A stretch of DNA of 64,000 nucleotides from Alphaproteobacteria bacterium (GTDB taxonomy: Bacteria > Pseudomonadota > Alphaproteobacteria > SP197), in contig OZ219917.1 in NCBI GenBank assembly GCA_964291415.2, forward strand, positions 1,088,001 through 1,152,000, in the 5' to 3' direction. Below are positions 28,765 to 38,711 of the stretch, piece by piece. The notes below the pieces were generated by a model that was given only the letters and a program-made list of their open reading frames with translations, made no database searches and was not told the DNA's origin. How positions within the stretch are numbered: position 1 is the stretch's first letter; every line of letters begins with the position of its first letter. A program made the position numbers and the translations under genes.

Positions 28765-29691
28765 ATGGCAGAGGGGCCCCTTCTCGTCACGGGTGCGGCC
28801 GGGTGTATCGGCGCCTGGATCGTGGCGCGGCTCAGCCAGGCGGGCCGCGAGGTGGTCGCACTCGACCGCATCGACGACCGCCGCCGCCTCTGCCTGGCGA
28901 TGGACGAACGGACGGCTCACGCCGTTGCCTGGCTGAGCGTCGACATCTGCGATGCGCCCGCGCTGGATGATGCCGTCATGCGCCTGCGTCCCCGGGCGAT
29001 CATCCACCTTGCCGCACTGCAGATTCCCTTCTGTGCGGCAGATCCGGTGGCCGGCGCCACCGTCAACGTGGCAGGACATGCCGCCCTCTTCGAGGCGGCC
29101 CGCAAGGCCGGTGTCCGTCACGTGGTCTATGCCAGTTCGGTGGCTTCCCTGCCGGCTGCGGGGAGGCAGGGACCCAACACCCTCTACGGAGTCTACAAGC
29201 GCGCCAACGAGGGCGTGGCGGCGATCTACTGGCAGGACTGGCAGGTTGCCAGCATTGGCGTCAGGCCGCACACGGTCTATGGCCCGGGACGCGATCAGGG
29301 CATGACGTCGTCGCCGACGAAGGCGATGCTGGCGGCGGCCAGTGGCCAGCCCTACCAGATCGCCTACGATACGACGATGATGATGCAGCACGTTCACGAA
29401 GTGGCCGACGCCTTCATCGCCTGCGCGGACGCCACCGTCTCCGGCCACCACGTCTGCAACCTCGGTGGTGAGAAGGCCTCAACTCCTGAGATCGCCGCCA
29501 TCATCAACCGGCTCGTTCCCGGCGCCCGGATCAGTGTCGCCGATACCCGGATCGATCTCCCGATGGACCAGGACGACAGCGCCCTGCGCGCCCTCGTAGG
29601 CGACTGGCCCGCCGTTCCCCTCGAGAACGGCATCCGCCACACGATTTCCGCCTTCCGCGACCTCGCCAAACGCGGCCTCGTGAGAGCTTGA
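28765..29691 (+). CDS. NAD-dependent epimerase/dehydratase (extended SDR)
   Basis: LVTGAAGCIG, IIHLAA, YASS, YGVYK (YxxxK), RPHTVYGPG. Confidence 0.9.
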   Translation: MAEGPLLVTGAAGCIGAWIVARLSQAGREVVALDRIDDRRRLCLAMDERTAHAVAWLSVDICDAPALDDAVMRLRPRAIIHLAALQIPFCAADPVAGATVNVAGHAALFEAARKAGVRHVVYASSVASLPAAGRQGPNTLYGVYKRANEGVAAIYWQDWQVASIGVRPHTVYGPGRDQGMTSSPTKAMLAAASGQPYQIAYDTTMMMQHVHEVADAFIACADATVSGHHVCNLGGEKASTPEIAAIINRLVPGARISVADTRIDLPMDQDDSALRALVGDWPAVPLENGIRHTISAFRDLAKRGLVRA

Positions 29692-29838
29692 GCGCTTCAA
29701 CCAACACAATGCGCGGCAAGCCTCACCAAGGCCGCCGCGCGCCCTTGCCGTCGGTGCCGGCACTCCTTTCCAGGTCGACACCTGTCGTCCTGATACGATC
29801 CGGTGGCCAGCCCTGGTTCGAATTCCGATGACTGAATG

Positions 29839-29910
29839 GTCCGAAAACTGCATACATTTTTCGGACTCGAGCTTCCAATTTGTCCGAAATCATGCTACAG
29901 ATTTCGGACA
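29839..29910. promoter_or_regulatory. paired inverted repeats, probable antitoxin autorepression operators
   Basis: GTCCGAAAA-n10-TTTTCGGAC (29839-29866) and TGTCCGAAATC-n8-GATTTCGGACA (29881-29910) directly upstream of the antitoxin ATG. Confidence 0.7.
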
Positions 29911-30566
29911 TGGGCAGAAACGCCTCTCATCTGAAGACCGATATCCTGACAAGGGTCGATCAGGGCGTGTCGCAGGGCGTTTGGACACCGCGCGATTTCC
30001 TCGATCTCGGTGCGCGCGGCGCCGTGGACAAGGCATTGCAACGCCTGACCAGCGCCGGGACTTTGCGTCGCATCGACCGTGGCCTCTACGACAGGCCTTC
30101 GCTCAACAGCCTCACCCGGAAGAATAGCCCGCCGGATCCTCGAGAGGTCATCGCTGCAATCGCCCGGAGAGATCAAATCCGCGTGCTCGTCGACGGCATG
30201 ACCGCGGCGAACGACCTTGGGTTCACCAATGCCGTTCCGGCCAGAATCGTCGTGCATACGGATTCCCGACTGAAATCGGTCTCTCTCGGCCGGCTCGACA
30301 TCACGTTCATGCCGACGGCCGCCAGCAAGCTCTACTGGGCCGGAAGGCCGGCCATGCGTGTCGTGCAGGCACTGCACTGGCTGCGGGATACGATTGCACA
30401 AGTGGACGATGATCGGGCAACAACGCGGCGCCTGACTGCGCTTCTCCATGATCCGAAACAAGGCAAGAGACTTCGCGATGATCTGACAGAGGGGCTATCG
30501 ACGTTACCGGCATGGATGCAGACTCTCTTGCGTCCCATGCTGAACGAACAGAAGAGCGCATCGTGA
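29910..30566 (+). CDS. DUF6088 / AbiEi-like type IV antitoxin
   Basis: VWTPRDFLDLGARGAVDKALQRL...LRRIDRGLY wHTH, GMTAANDLGFTNAVP; GTGA-coupled to an AbiEii start. Confidence 0.85.
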   Translation: MGRNASHLKTDILTRVDQGVSQGVWTPRDFLDLGARGAVDKALQRLTSAGTLRRIDRGLYDRPSLNSLTRKNSPPDPREVIAAIARRDQIRVLVDGMTAANDLGFTNAVPARIVVHTDSRLKSVSLGRLDITFMPTAASKLYWAGRPAMRVVQALHWLRDTIAQVDDDRATTRRLTALLHDPKQGKRLRDDLTEGLSTLPAWMQTLLRPMLNEQKSAS

Positions 30567-30712
30567 ACCCCTCCTATGATCGCATCATGGCGGCCGACAA
30601 CGAAACTCTTCGCGACCTGTTCACGATGACGGCGCTGCGGCTGGGGGCCACACCCCAAAATGCGGAGAAGGACTTCTGGGTCTGCTGGACTCTCGACGCA
30701 CTCTTCAACGGA
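30563..30712 (+). pseudogene. truncated AbiEii/AbiGii-type nucleotidyltransferase toxin (N-terminal ~50 codons only)
   Basis: MNPSYDRIMAAD...TALRLGATPQNAEKDFWVCWTLDALFNG is a typical AbiEii N-terminus; the expected FKGGTSL motif is absent and the frame continues into unrelated sequence to 30832. Confidence 0.8.
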
Positions 30713-30875
30713 TCGAAATGGCCCCGTCCTGCATTGATTCACAGCGCTCACGCCCTTCCAGGGCGGGGACGTTCGATGAGCAGATGCGGTTCACTGCACA
30801 GACCGTCGTTATCCTCGCTGACCCGCCCGTAGTAACGCCACGCTGTCGTCCGTCTCCACCGTGCCAGTCACGGGG

Positions 30876-31187
30876 TCAGCGGAAGAATTCGACGCGGAAC
30901 CTTGCCTTTCCCAGGGGCGCGATCTCGTGCTCCACTTCGGGCTCGACGATGCCGGGGGTGTCCGGGTCAAGGATGTGTTCCTCGGCGGGCGCGGTGTGGA
31001 TCCGGTAAAGCAGACGTCCCTCCAGGACGACGATCCGGCCCCAGGTTCCCGCCTTCGTGCGGTGAGCCCTGAGCAGGCCGGACGGCACCGTCTCGTCGGT
31101 GAAGACCGGGGTCGTGCGCTGGAGGCGCAGGTTGGCGGGAAGCGTCTTCACGAGTCGGGAGGGCTGTGGTAGCGGAGTGGTGGTCAT
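30876..31187 (-). CDS. DUF1971 / YeaR-TehB-like cupin domain protein
   Basis: TPVFTDETVPSGLLRAHRTKAGTWGRIVVLEGRLLY...VEPEVEHEI...FRVEFF. Confidence 0.85.
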   Translation of the reverse strand: MTTTPLPQPSRLVKTLPANLRLQRTTPVFTDETVPSGLLRAHRTKAGTWGRIVVLEGRLLYRIHTAPAEEHILDPDTPGIVEPEVEHEIAPLGKARFRVEFFR

Positions 31188-31237
31188 TTGACCACGAGGG
31201 CGTCGAGACTCAAGCGGAACGATCGGGGAGCGGGACC

Positions 31238-32671
31238 ATGGCCAGCAACGTACTTGTCATCTGTTCGGACCAGCACTGGCGCGATGCGGCGGGGTGCTAC
31301 GGGCATCCCCTGGTTCTCACGCCCAACATCGATGCTCTGGCCCGCCGCGGCACTGTCTTCGATGTCGCCTACGCGGCGGGGCCCATCTGTGTTTCGGCCC
31401 GCGCCGCCATGCAGACCGGCCGCTGGGTCCACCAGCTTGGCACATGGTCGAGCGCCGAGCCCTACGACGGATCACCCGGGGGCTGGGGACACCGGCTCCA
31501 GGAGGAGGGACGGCGGGTGGTGTCCATCGGCAAGCTCCACTTCCGTTCGAGCGACGACGACAACGGCTTCACCGAGGAGGTGATCCCGGTCCACATACTG
31601 AACGGGACCGGCTTCACCTCGTCCATGGTGCGCGACGGCCTCGAACCCTATGCCAGCAACGCGGACTTCGCCCTCGACATCGGCCGCGGGGAATCGCGCT
31701 ACACGCGCTACGACCGCAAGGTCACCGAGCTCGCCTGCGCATGGCTTGACGAGGTCGCTCCGGCGACCGACCAGCCGTGGACGCTTTTCTGTTCATTCGT
31801 GGCGCCGCACCACCCCATCGTGGCCCCCGACATGTTCCATGATCTCTATGACAGGCAAGAGGTCGACATGCCGCGTCTGCGCGCACCGGGAGAGCGGCCG
31901 GACCATCCGGTTCTCGATGTCTGCCAGGCGATCTGGGACTATGATCGGCACTTCCGGGACGATGACCACGTCATCGAGGCGCGGCATGCCTACTACGGCT
32001 ATGTTTCCTTCCTCGATGACAATGTCGGACGCGTGCTCGCCGCCCTCGAGGCGTCAGGCGAGGCCGACGACACCCTCGTGATCTATGTGTCCGATCACGG
32101 CGAAATGCTCGGCAACCACGGCATGTGGGCGAAGATGAACATGTACGAGGAGTCGTCGGCAGTCCCCCTCATCGCCGCCGGACCCGGCATGCCGGCGGGA
32201 CGGCGCTCCAACTCGCCGGCCTCCCACATCGACCTTCAGCCCACCATCCTGAAGGCCCACGGACTGGAGAGCGCCAATGGCCTCGATGGCGTCGCCCTGC
32301 AGGATCTTGCGGCCGGCGGTCACCATGACCGGGCCGTCCTCTCGGAGTACCACGAGCGCGGCGCCGTCACCGGCATGTTCATGATGCGCTGGCGGAACTG
32401 GAAGTACATCGCCTACCCGGGGTACCCGCCGCAGCTCTTCGACATGGTCGACGATCCCATCGAATCCGCCGATCTTGGCCGGCATCCTGCCCATGAAGCC
32501 ACGCGAGCTGCCTGCGAGGCGCGCCTCCATGCCATCGTGGACTGCGAAGCGGTCAACCGGCGCTGTTTCGCCGACCAGGCGCGCAAGATCGCCGCGCTCG
32601 GCGGCCGCGAGGCGGCCATGGCGGACGGCAATCATGCCTATACGCCCATGCCTGACGTAGCCTTGCAATAG
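31238..32671 (+). CDS. sulfatase (choline-sulfatase-like)
   Basis: NVLVICSDQH, TPNIDALA, PICVSARAAMQTG (CxxxR), GKLH, APHHP, SDHGEMLGNHG. Confidence 0.9.
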   Translation: MASNVLVICSDQHWRDAAGCYGHPLVLTPNIDALARRGTVFDVAYAAGPICVSARAAMQTGRWVHQLGTWSSAEPYDGSPGGWGHRLQEEGRRVVSIGKLHFRSSDDDNGFTEEVIPVHILNGTGFTSSMVRDGLEPYASNADFALDIGRGESRYTRYDRKVTELACAWLDEVAPATDQPWTLFCSFVAPHHPIVAPDMFHDLYDRQEVDMPRLRAPGERPDHPVLDVCQAIWDYDRHFRDDDHVIEARHAYYGYVSFLDDNVGRVLAALEASGEADDTLVIYVSDHGEMLGNHGMWAKMNMYEESSAVPLIAAGPGMPAGRRSNSPASHIDLQPTILKAHGLESANGLDGVALQDLAAGGHHDRAVLSEYHERGAVTGMFMMRWRNWKYIAYPGYPPQLFDMVDDPIESADLGRHPAHEATRAACEARLHAIVDCEAVNRRCFADQARKIAALGGREAAMADGNHAYTPMPDVALQ

Positions 32672-32689
32672 AGCGGGGAGACCGACCTG

Positions 32690-33583
32690 TCAGGGTGGGC
32701 CGTCGTCGATCAGGGATCTCAGCAGTGCGATGTGGCGGGGCAGGGTGCCGCAGCAGCCGCCGACGATGCGGGCGCCACCGGCGAGCCACCGGGCGACGTG
32801 GTCGCGGTAGGATTCGGGATCGAGGTCATGGCGGTGGCCCACCGACGTGTTGCCGGGTTGTATCGGAGCGAAGGTGTTGGCGTAGCCGCCGGTCGGACGG
32901 CCGGTGGCCATCAGTTCGGGCAGGGCCCGCGTCACCGCCTCCGGTGTGCAGCAGTTGGCGATGAAGGCGCTGACCGGCAGGTCGGCGACACTGCGGGAAG
33001 CCTCCGCGACGCTGGTGCCGTCCTTGAGCGAGGCCTCCCGTTCTTCGTGGAGCGACCAGCCAATCCACACGGGCTTGCCGGTGGCCGCCGCCGCTGCCGC
33101 GGCGGCACGGGTCTCGGCCACCGTGGTCAGTGTTTCGCAGATGAAGAGGTCGACGCCGTCGGCAAGGATGCCCGCCTGTTCGGCATAGCGCTCCGCCAGG
33201 ATCTCGTCGGATTCGACCTCATCGGGGAGGTAGCTGTCCGACAGCGGCGGCAGCGAGCCGGCGATCAGGACGTCGCGATTCTCGGCGTCGACGGCCTGCC
33301 GGGCGAGATCGAGAGCCTTGAGATTGAGTTCGCGGAACCGTTCCTCGATTCCGATCTCCGCCATGAAGGACCGCACGACGCCGTAGGTGTTGGTGATGAT
33401 GAGATCGGCGCCGGCCCGGATGAAATCGCGGTGCAGCCCAAGGACGGCATCGGGCGCCTCGATGAGTGCGCGCCCCGACCAGAAGGGTGAGCCGGGCTGG
33501 CGCAATCCCATGCCGGCAAGGGCTTCCCCCATGCCCCCGTCGGTGAGGATCGGGCGATCATCTTCCATGGCGACGGCAGTCAT
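32690..33583 (-). CDS. homocysteine S-methyltransferase family protein
   Basis: LTDGGMG, HRDFIRAGADLIITNTY, IAGSLPPL, CET, ANCC, VGGCCG Zn ligands. Confidence 0.9.
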   Translation of the reverse strand: MTAVAMEDDRPILTDGGMGEALAGMGLRQPGSPFWSGRALIEAPDAVLGLHRDFIRAGADLIITNTYGVVRSFMAEIGIEERFRELNLKALDLARQAVDAENRDVLIAGSLPPLSDSYLPDEVESDEILAERYAEQAGILADGVDLFICETLTTVAETRAAAAAAAATGKPVWIGWSLHEEREASLKDGTSVAEASRSVADLPVSAFIANCCTPEAVTRALPELMATGRPTGGYANTFAPIQPGNTSVGHRHDLDPESYRDHVARWLAGGARIVGGCCGTLPRHIALLRSLIDDGPP

Positions 33584-33681
33584 GGCGTTCACTCCATTGA
33601 ATTGCCTGAGCATCTTGCGCCACTATGGCCAAAACCGTTCAAGGTTGCGATCCCTCGAAAGGGATCATCGGGAAGGACATC

Positions 33682-34425
33682 ATGAACCGTTCACCGGTCA
33701 CCTATACATTGTGGCTTGCGAGCGCCAATGCGGCCGCCGTCGAAGCGGCCAGGATCCACGGGTGCCATGGCATCACCCTTGACATGGAGCACGGCGTCTT
33801 CGATCGCAGCGATGTCGACCGGCTGATCCTGCTGGCTCGCGAAGCGGGCCTTCAGTCCTTTGTCCGGGTTGCCGAACCGACGCGCATCGCTGTCCAGAAC
33901 CCGCTCGACTCCGGAGCGACCGGCGTCATCATCCCCCACATCGACAACCTCGAACATGCACGCGAGGTAACGGCCTTCACCAAGTTTCCCCCCATGGGCG
34001 ACCGCAGTGTCGGAGGCGGCAGGACCTTCGGCTACGGTGGTGGCAACGAGGCCTTCTATGCTGCCGAGAACGCCCGTGTGCGCTGCTTTCCCATGGTGGA
34101 GACCGTCGGTGCTCTCGAGGGTGTCGATGCCATACTGGCCCTCGACTGCGTGGACGGGATCTTTCTCGGGCCGGCGGATCTCAACATGGCGCGGGGACGC
34201 AAGGGTGTGTTCGGCGCCGACGACGCGCACGACCGCAGCCACGTTGCCGAAGCGTGCCGCAAGGCAGGCAAGGACTTCGGCATGAACGTCTACACGACCG
34301 GAGACATGGAGGCATCGCGGGAGATCGGCCTCACCTTCGCTGCCCTTTGCGACGACGTTGCGGCCCTGCTCGATGGTTACGGCCGCGTCGTGAGAGATGC
34401 GCGCAGGATCATCGAGGGCGCCTGA
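33682..34425 (+). CDS. HpcH/HpaI aldolase family protein
   Basis: LDMEHG, LDSGATGVIIP, KFPPMGDRS, MVET, IFLGPADL. Confidence 0.9.
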   Translation: MNRSPVTYTLWLASANAAAVEAARIHGCHGITLDMEHGVFDRSDVDRLILLAREAGLQSFVRVAEPTRIAVQNPLDSGATGVIIPHIDNLEHAREVTAFTKFPPMGDRSVGGGRTFGYGGGNEAFYAAENARVRCFPMVETVGALEGVDAILALDCVDGIFLGPADLNMARGRKGVFGADDAHDRSHVAEACRKAGKDFGMNVYTTGDMEASREIGLTFAALCDDVAALLDGYGRVVRDARRIIEGA

Positions 34426-34448
34426 CCGCAGGAGAAGGAGATACGGCC

Positions 34449-35285
34449 ATGGTCACGGGGAGCTGTCTGTGCGGTTCAGTGCGCTGGCGTATCGACGGCC
34501 AGCTCACCAGGATGACCCATTGCCACTGCACCATGTGCCGCAAGGTTCACGGGGCGCCGTTTGCCACCTATGCCGCGGTGGATCCGGAGTCCGTGACCTT
34601 CCTTTCCGGCGAGGACCATACCGGCTTCTTTGAGTCGTCTCCCGGGGGCTATCGCGCCTTTTGTTCCCGGTGCGGGTCGGTGGTGCCGGTTCCCGGCGAT
34701 CCGGAGATGCCGGTGGGTGGCCTTGATGGTGATCCCGGCGCCAGACCCGAAGCGCACATCTTCGCCGCCTTTCAGGCGCCGTGGCACATCATCGCCGATG
34801 ATTTGCCGCGTCACGACATCTGGGACGAAGGCACGGACGGCCCGGTCATCGACATGCCGGCGCGGGCGGCGCCGGAGGCGGATGTCCTTCACGGCAGCTG
34901 CCTTTGCAACGCCATCGCCTACGAGGCGCCGTCGCGTTTCACGCGGGTGCACAACTGTCACTGCTCGCGGTGCCGCAAGGCACGGGCCGCGGCCCACACG
35001 ACCAACGGCTTTCTTGACATCGCCGATTTGCGGTTCACGCGTGGCGAAGACCACCTCAGGATCTGGCACCTGCCGGGTGCGCGATACTTTGCCCAGTCTT
35101 TCTGCGCCCGCTGCGGTTCCGTCATGCCCCGCCATGACCAGGGGCGCATGGTTGCGGTGATTCCCTTCGGTTCTCTGGACAGCGACCCGGGGCGCCGGGC
35201 CGATGATCATGTCTACGTTGGTTCAGGGGCGCCCTGGTACGACTTCTCCGATCACCTCGCACGGTACGACGAGATGCCGCCATGA
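34449..35285 (+). CDS. tandem GFA (glutathione-dependent formaldehyde-activating) domain protein
   Basis: Two copies of GSCLC...CHCxxCRK...FCxxCGS. Confidence 0.9.
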   Translation: MVTGSCLCGSVRWRIDGQLTRMTHCHCTMCRKVHGAPFATYAAVDPESVTFLSGEDHTGFFESSPGGYRAFCSRCGSVVPVPGDPEMPVGGLDGDPGARPEAHIFAAFQAPWHIIADDLPRHDIWDEGTDGPVIDMPARAAPEADVLHGSCLCNAIAYEAPSRFTRVHNCHCSRCRKARAAAHTTNGFLDIADLRFTRGEDHLRIWHLPGARYFAQSFCARCGSVMPRHDQGRMVAVIPFGSLDSDPGRRADDHVYVGSGAPWYDFSDHLARYDEMPP

Positions 35286-36832
35286 AGACCGCTGCGCAAA
35301 ACAGCTGGGCGCCGGAGATCGAGCTCAAGTTCGCCGTCTCGCCGGAGGCCGCAGGATCGCTTCTCAACCTGCCGCCACTCGAGAGGGCGCGGGATCTCGG
35401 TGAGCGCTGCATCGATTCACGCTATTTCGACACGGCGGGCGGCCGTCTGCAACGGGACGGCATTGCACTGCGCGTGCGGCGTCACGGCGATTCCTTCGTG
35501 CAGACCGCCAAGATGTTCGATCCGGCCGGACACACCGCGTTTCGCCTCGAACGGGAGGATCCGGTCGCCGGGCCGCGACCATGCGCCGCCCTGCTGCGCC
35601 AGGCCGCCGGTTCAGGTTATGCGGACATTGGCGATGGTGATCTCGTCCCGGCGTTCCGCACCATGATCAACCGCCGGGTTTTGATGCTGGAGGATGAGGG
35701 CAGGGGATCGAGAGTCGAGGTGGCGATCGACAACGGCTTTGTGGAAGCGTCGGGAGCCCGGGAGCCACTGAGCGAGATCGAGCTCGAACTCATGGAAGGC
35801 GGAATCGGCGATCTCTACAGCCTGGCGCTCGGGATGCATCGCCAGACGCCCCTGGCCATCGAGGCCTTCACGAAGTCCCAGCGCGGCTATGCCCTCGGCG
35901 GTGGGCTGCCGCCGGCCTGGAGCAAGGTCGGCGCCTTCGCCCTTGATCCCGGAACGAGTCTCGACGACGCCATCGCCCTGACGATGGGACGCTGCTACGG
36001 GCACTGGATGAACAACCAGGCGGCGGCCCTTGACGGCCGCGATATCGAGGGCGTGCACCAGATGCGTGTGGCCCTGCGCCGGCTGAGAGCCGCTTTGGAG
36101 CTGTTCGCGCCCTGGCTCGACGACGGCAGCCGGGCGCGCTTTGTCGCGGAAGTGAAGTGGATTGCCGCCAGCCTTGCTGCCGTGCGCGATCTCGACGTCT
36201 TGAGCCTGGTCACCCTGGCTCCGCTGCGCGAGGCCTTTCCCGGTGACGATGACCTCGCCCGTCTCGAAGAGTGCATAGGACACCGCAGACAGGAGGCCTG
36301 CCGCCGGCTTGCGCTGACCCTTGGTTCGCCACGTTACACGAGCGCTGTCCTGACGCTGGGCCAGTGGATCGTTGAGCGCGGCTGGTGTGCCGGAGTTCCG
36401 GTTCTTGATGACCCGGCAAAGGCCCATGTCAGCGGGGCCTTGAGCCACGTCTATACGCAGGTCCTCTCCGACGGCGAGGGTTTCGATAGCCTGAATGCCG
36501 TCACGCGTCATCAGCTCCGCCTGCGCATCAAGCGCCTGCGCTATGCCATCCAGTTTGTCGGCCCGGTCTTCCAGGGCACGGAGCCCTGGCTCCAGGCGCT
36601 CTCTGCTCTGCAGGATGCGCTGGGCGCGGCCAACGATGCGGTCGTGGCCAACGACCTGATCAGGTGCTGTACCAGGTCGGCTTCCGGCAAGCGCTCCCTT
36701 GCCCGCGCCAGGGGCCTCGTTGCCGGCTGGTGGGCGGCACGGAGCGGACACCTCGAAAGCGATGCGAGGGCCAGATGGCGCGCGTTCACGGAGCTCGAGC
36801 CGTTCTGGAAAACCGTCCCGGATCGCCCTTGA
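35282..36832 (+). CDS. CYTH + CHAD domain protein (YgiF-like inorganic triphosphatase)
   Basis: EIELKF, YFDT, ALRVR, EIELEL; CHAD motifs VHQMRVALRRLR, HQLRLRIKRLRY, LQDALG..ND. Confidence 0.9.
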   Translation: MKTAAQNSWAPEIELKFAVSPEAAGSLLNLPPLERARDLGERCIDSRYFDTAGGRLQRDGIALRVRRHGDSFVQTAKMFDPAGHTAFRLEREDPVAGPRPCAALLRQAAGSGYADIGDGDLVPAFRTMINRRVLMLEDEGRGSRVEVAIDNGFVEASGAREPLSEIELELMEGGIGDLYSLALGMHRQTPLAIEAFTKSQRGYALGGGLPPAWSKVGAFALDPGTSLDDAIALTMGRCYGHWMNNQAAALDGRDIEGVHQMRVALRRLRAALELFAPWLDDGSRARFVAEVKWIAASLAAVRDLDVLSLVTLAPLREAFPGDDDLARLEECIGHRRQEACRRLALTLGSPRYTSAVLTLGQWIVERGWCAGVPVLDDPAKAHVSGALSHVYTQVLSDGEGFDSLNAVTRHQLRLRIKRLRYAIQFVGPVFQGTEPWLQALSALQDALGAANDAVVANDLIRCCTRSASGKRSLARARGLVAGWWAARSGHLESDARARWRAFTELEPFWKTVPDRP

Positions 36833-38711
36833 GTGCAGGTGCAAATCTCAACGTGCCACGGCGCCACGTGACGCCCGTGTGATCCAGGTATTCCAGCAAG
36901 TCCACCGCATGATTGCGCCCGATACCCAGGGCGTCTCGAAGATCGCCCACGCCGACGCCATCCGGGTTCTCCCGCAGAAGGTCATGCACGGCGGACTCCG
37001 CCTCGGCGACCTGCCGCGGCGTGAGATAACGGTTGCGCGCGATTCTCACCACAAGGCCAAAGGCGGCCATCCGTTCAAGAAACCGGCGCAGGTCGTCCGG
37101 CGTCGTGTCCAGGGTGGCGGCAAGGGGGTGAAGCGATGGCGGCGAGCCCGACGCGACCTCGATGGCCGCCTCGGCCCTGGTCCACAGGGCCCGGTCCCTT
37201 GCTGCCGGTTCCACCTTGCGTCCCGGACGGTGGACCACGACCCCGCGCCGCATCAGGGCGCCGTTGCGGCAGAGGTCGTCGATGACCGCGCCCACGAGAA
37301 CGGAATCGGCGGATCCGGGAACCCGCCCCTGGAGTTCCCGGGCCTCAGGCCCAAGCCGGTCCTGCCGGCGTGCGTGATCACCGTCGACGACGTCGAGCAC
37401 GTGGGTGGCGAGTTCGTTCCAGCGACGCTCGTCGATCACGTGTTCGCGACCGTTCCGGGTGAACCGGCGTACATGTCCGGGAAGCGGGCAGGCACCGGGT
37501 TTCAGATTGCGTGACGAGAAAAAGGCCGCCGGATCGAACCCGGTGGCCGCGACGTCGACAAGGGCGCCCAGCGCTTCTTCGTGATCGTTGCGATCGACTG
37601 CTCTCAGGCGTGCCAGGCGTTCGGGGCGGGCCCGCCCCCTTGCCGGTCCTGCGGCGTCGAGCACCCGCGCTCCGCCGATTGTCCGCCTCGCCGAAATGTC
37701 ACGCAGGAGAAGGCGGTCGTTCCAGGCCGGCACCAGCGGCCCGTCGAGGCGCAGTTGCGCCAGCCCGCTGCCGCCCGGGGCAATCGCGGAATCCTCGAGA
37801 AGGGCGATGCGCCCGGTCACATGACCGGTTCCGTGGTGAACATGCACGGCCTGCCAATGGTTGAACGCACTGCGTTCGCTTTCCAGGATCGTCACCATCG
37901 CGTCGACCCGGTGCGAAGGCGCCAGGATGTCCGGCGTCACGATCCAGTCCCCGCGACGGACATCGTTGCGGCCGAGGCCGGCGAGATTGATGGACGCCCG
38001 TTCGCCGGTGACGGCCTGTTCTGCCGGGCGGGCCTGGCCGTGAAGGGCCCGTGCCCGCGTGCCGAGTCCTGCAGGCAGCACGGTGAGGGAGTCGCCGGTG
38101 TGCACGTCCCCTGCGCAGACAGTTCCGGTCACCACCAGCCCGGCCCCCTTCATGATGAAGGATCTGTCGACAGCGAGCCTGAAACCGCCTTCCGGTGATG
38201 GTTCTGGCACGGCCCGTGCAGCCCGTCCGAGGTGACGGCGCAGTACGGTGAGGCCTCTCTGGTCGGACACGGACGTGGCAATCATGGCCCTGACATCGAT
38301 GCCGTGATCGCGCGCCAGCGCTTCAGCCGCAAGGGCGGTGCGCTCGATCCGTTCATCAGCGGCGCGGTCGGCCTTGGTGATGGCGATCACCATTTGCCGA
38401 ACGCCGAGAAGGGAGAGCACAGCCACATGCTCGACCGTCTGCGGCATGATTCCGTCGTCGGCCGCGACAGCAAGAAGACCGAGGTCCACCCGGGAGAGTC
38501 CGGCCACCATGTTCCGCACGAATCGCTCATGGCCCGGTACGTCGATGAAGCCGACGCGCCGCCCGCACGGCAGATCGAGCCAAGCGTATCCCAGGTCGAT
38601 GGTGAGACCGCGCCGCTTTTCTTCCGCCAGCCGGTCGGTGTCGACGCCGGTCAATGCTGCCACCAGCGACGTCTTGCCGTGGTCCACGTGACCGGCCGTG
38701 GCGATGATCAT
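36786..38711 (-). CDS. selB: selenocysteine-specific translation elongation factor
   Basis: [39 protein letters not shown]; C-terminal winged helix [17 protein letters not shown]. Confidence 0.96.
   Translation of the reverse strand: MIIATAGHVDHGKTSLVAALTGVDTDRLAEEKRRGLTIDLGYAWLDLPCGRRVGFIDVPGHERFVRNMVAGLSRVDLGLLAVAADDGIMPQTVEHVAVLSLLGVRQMVIAITKADRAADERIERTALAAEALARDHGIDVRAMIATSVSDQRGLTVLRRHLGRAARAVPEPSPEGGFRLAVDRSFIMKGAGLVVTGTVCAGDVHTGDSLTVLPAGLGTRARALHGQARPAEQAVTGERASINLAGLGRNDVRRGDWIVTPDILAPSHRVDAMVTILESERSAFNHWQAVHVHHGTGHVTGRIALLEDSAIAPGGSGLAQLRLDGPLVPAWNDRLLLRDISARRTIGGARVLDAAGPARGRARPERLARLRAVDRNDHEEALGALVDVAATGFDPAAFFSSRNLKPGACPLPGHVRRFTRNGREHVIDERRWNELATHVLDVVDGDHARRQDRLGPEARELQGRVPGSADSVLVGAVIDDLCRNGALMRRGVVVHRPGRKVEPAARDRALWTRAEAAIEVASGSPPSLHPLAATLDTTPDDLRRFLERMAAFGLVVRIARNRYLTPRQVAEAESAVHDLLRENPDGVGVGDLRDALGIGRNHAVDLLEYLDHTGVTWRRGTLRFAPALKGDPGRFSRTARAP

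Noticed and set aside
29815-29826. GGTTCGAATTCC resembling a tRNA T-loop or att site before the TA locus
   Set aside because: No cloverleaf, acceptor stem or second copy could be built around it.
29765-30875. Weak similarity between 29776-29815 and 30836-30875 (CTGTCGTCC core) as a third flanking-duplication scar
   Set aside because: Too short and gapped to distinguish from chance in GC-rich sequence.
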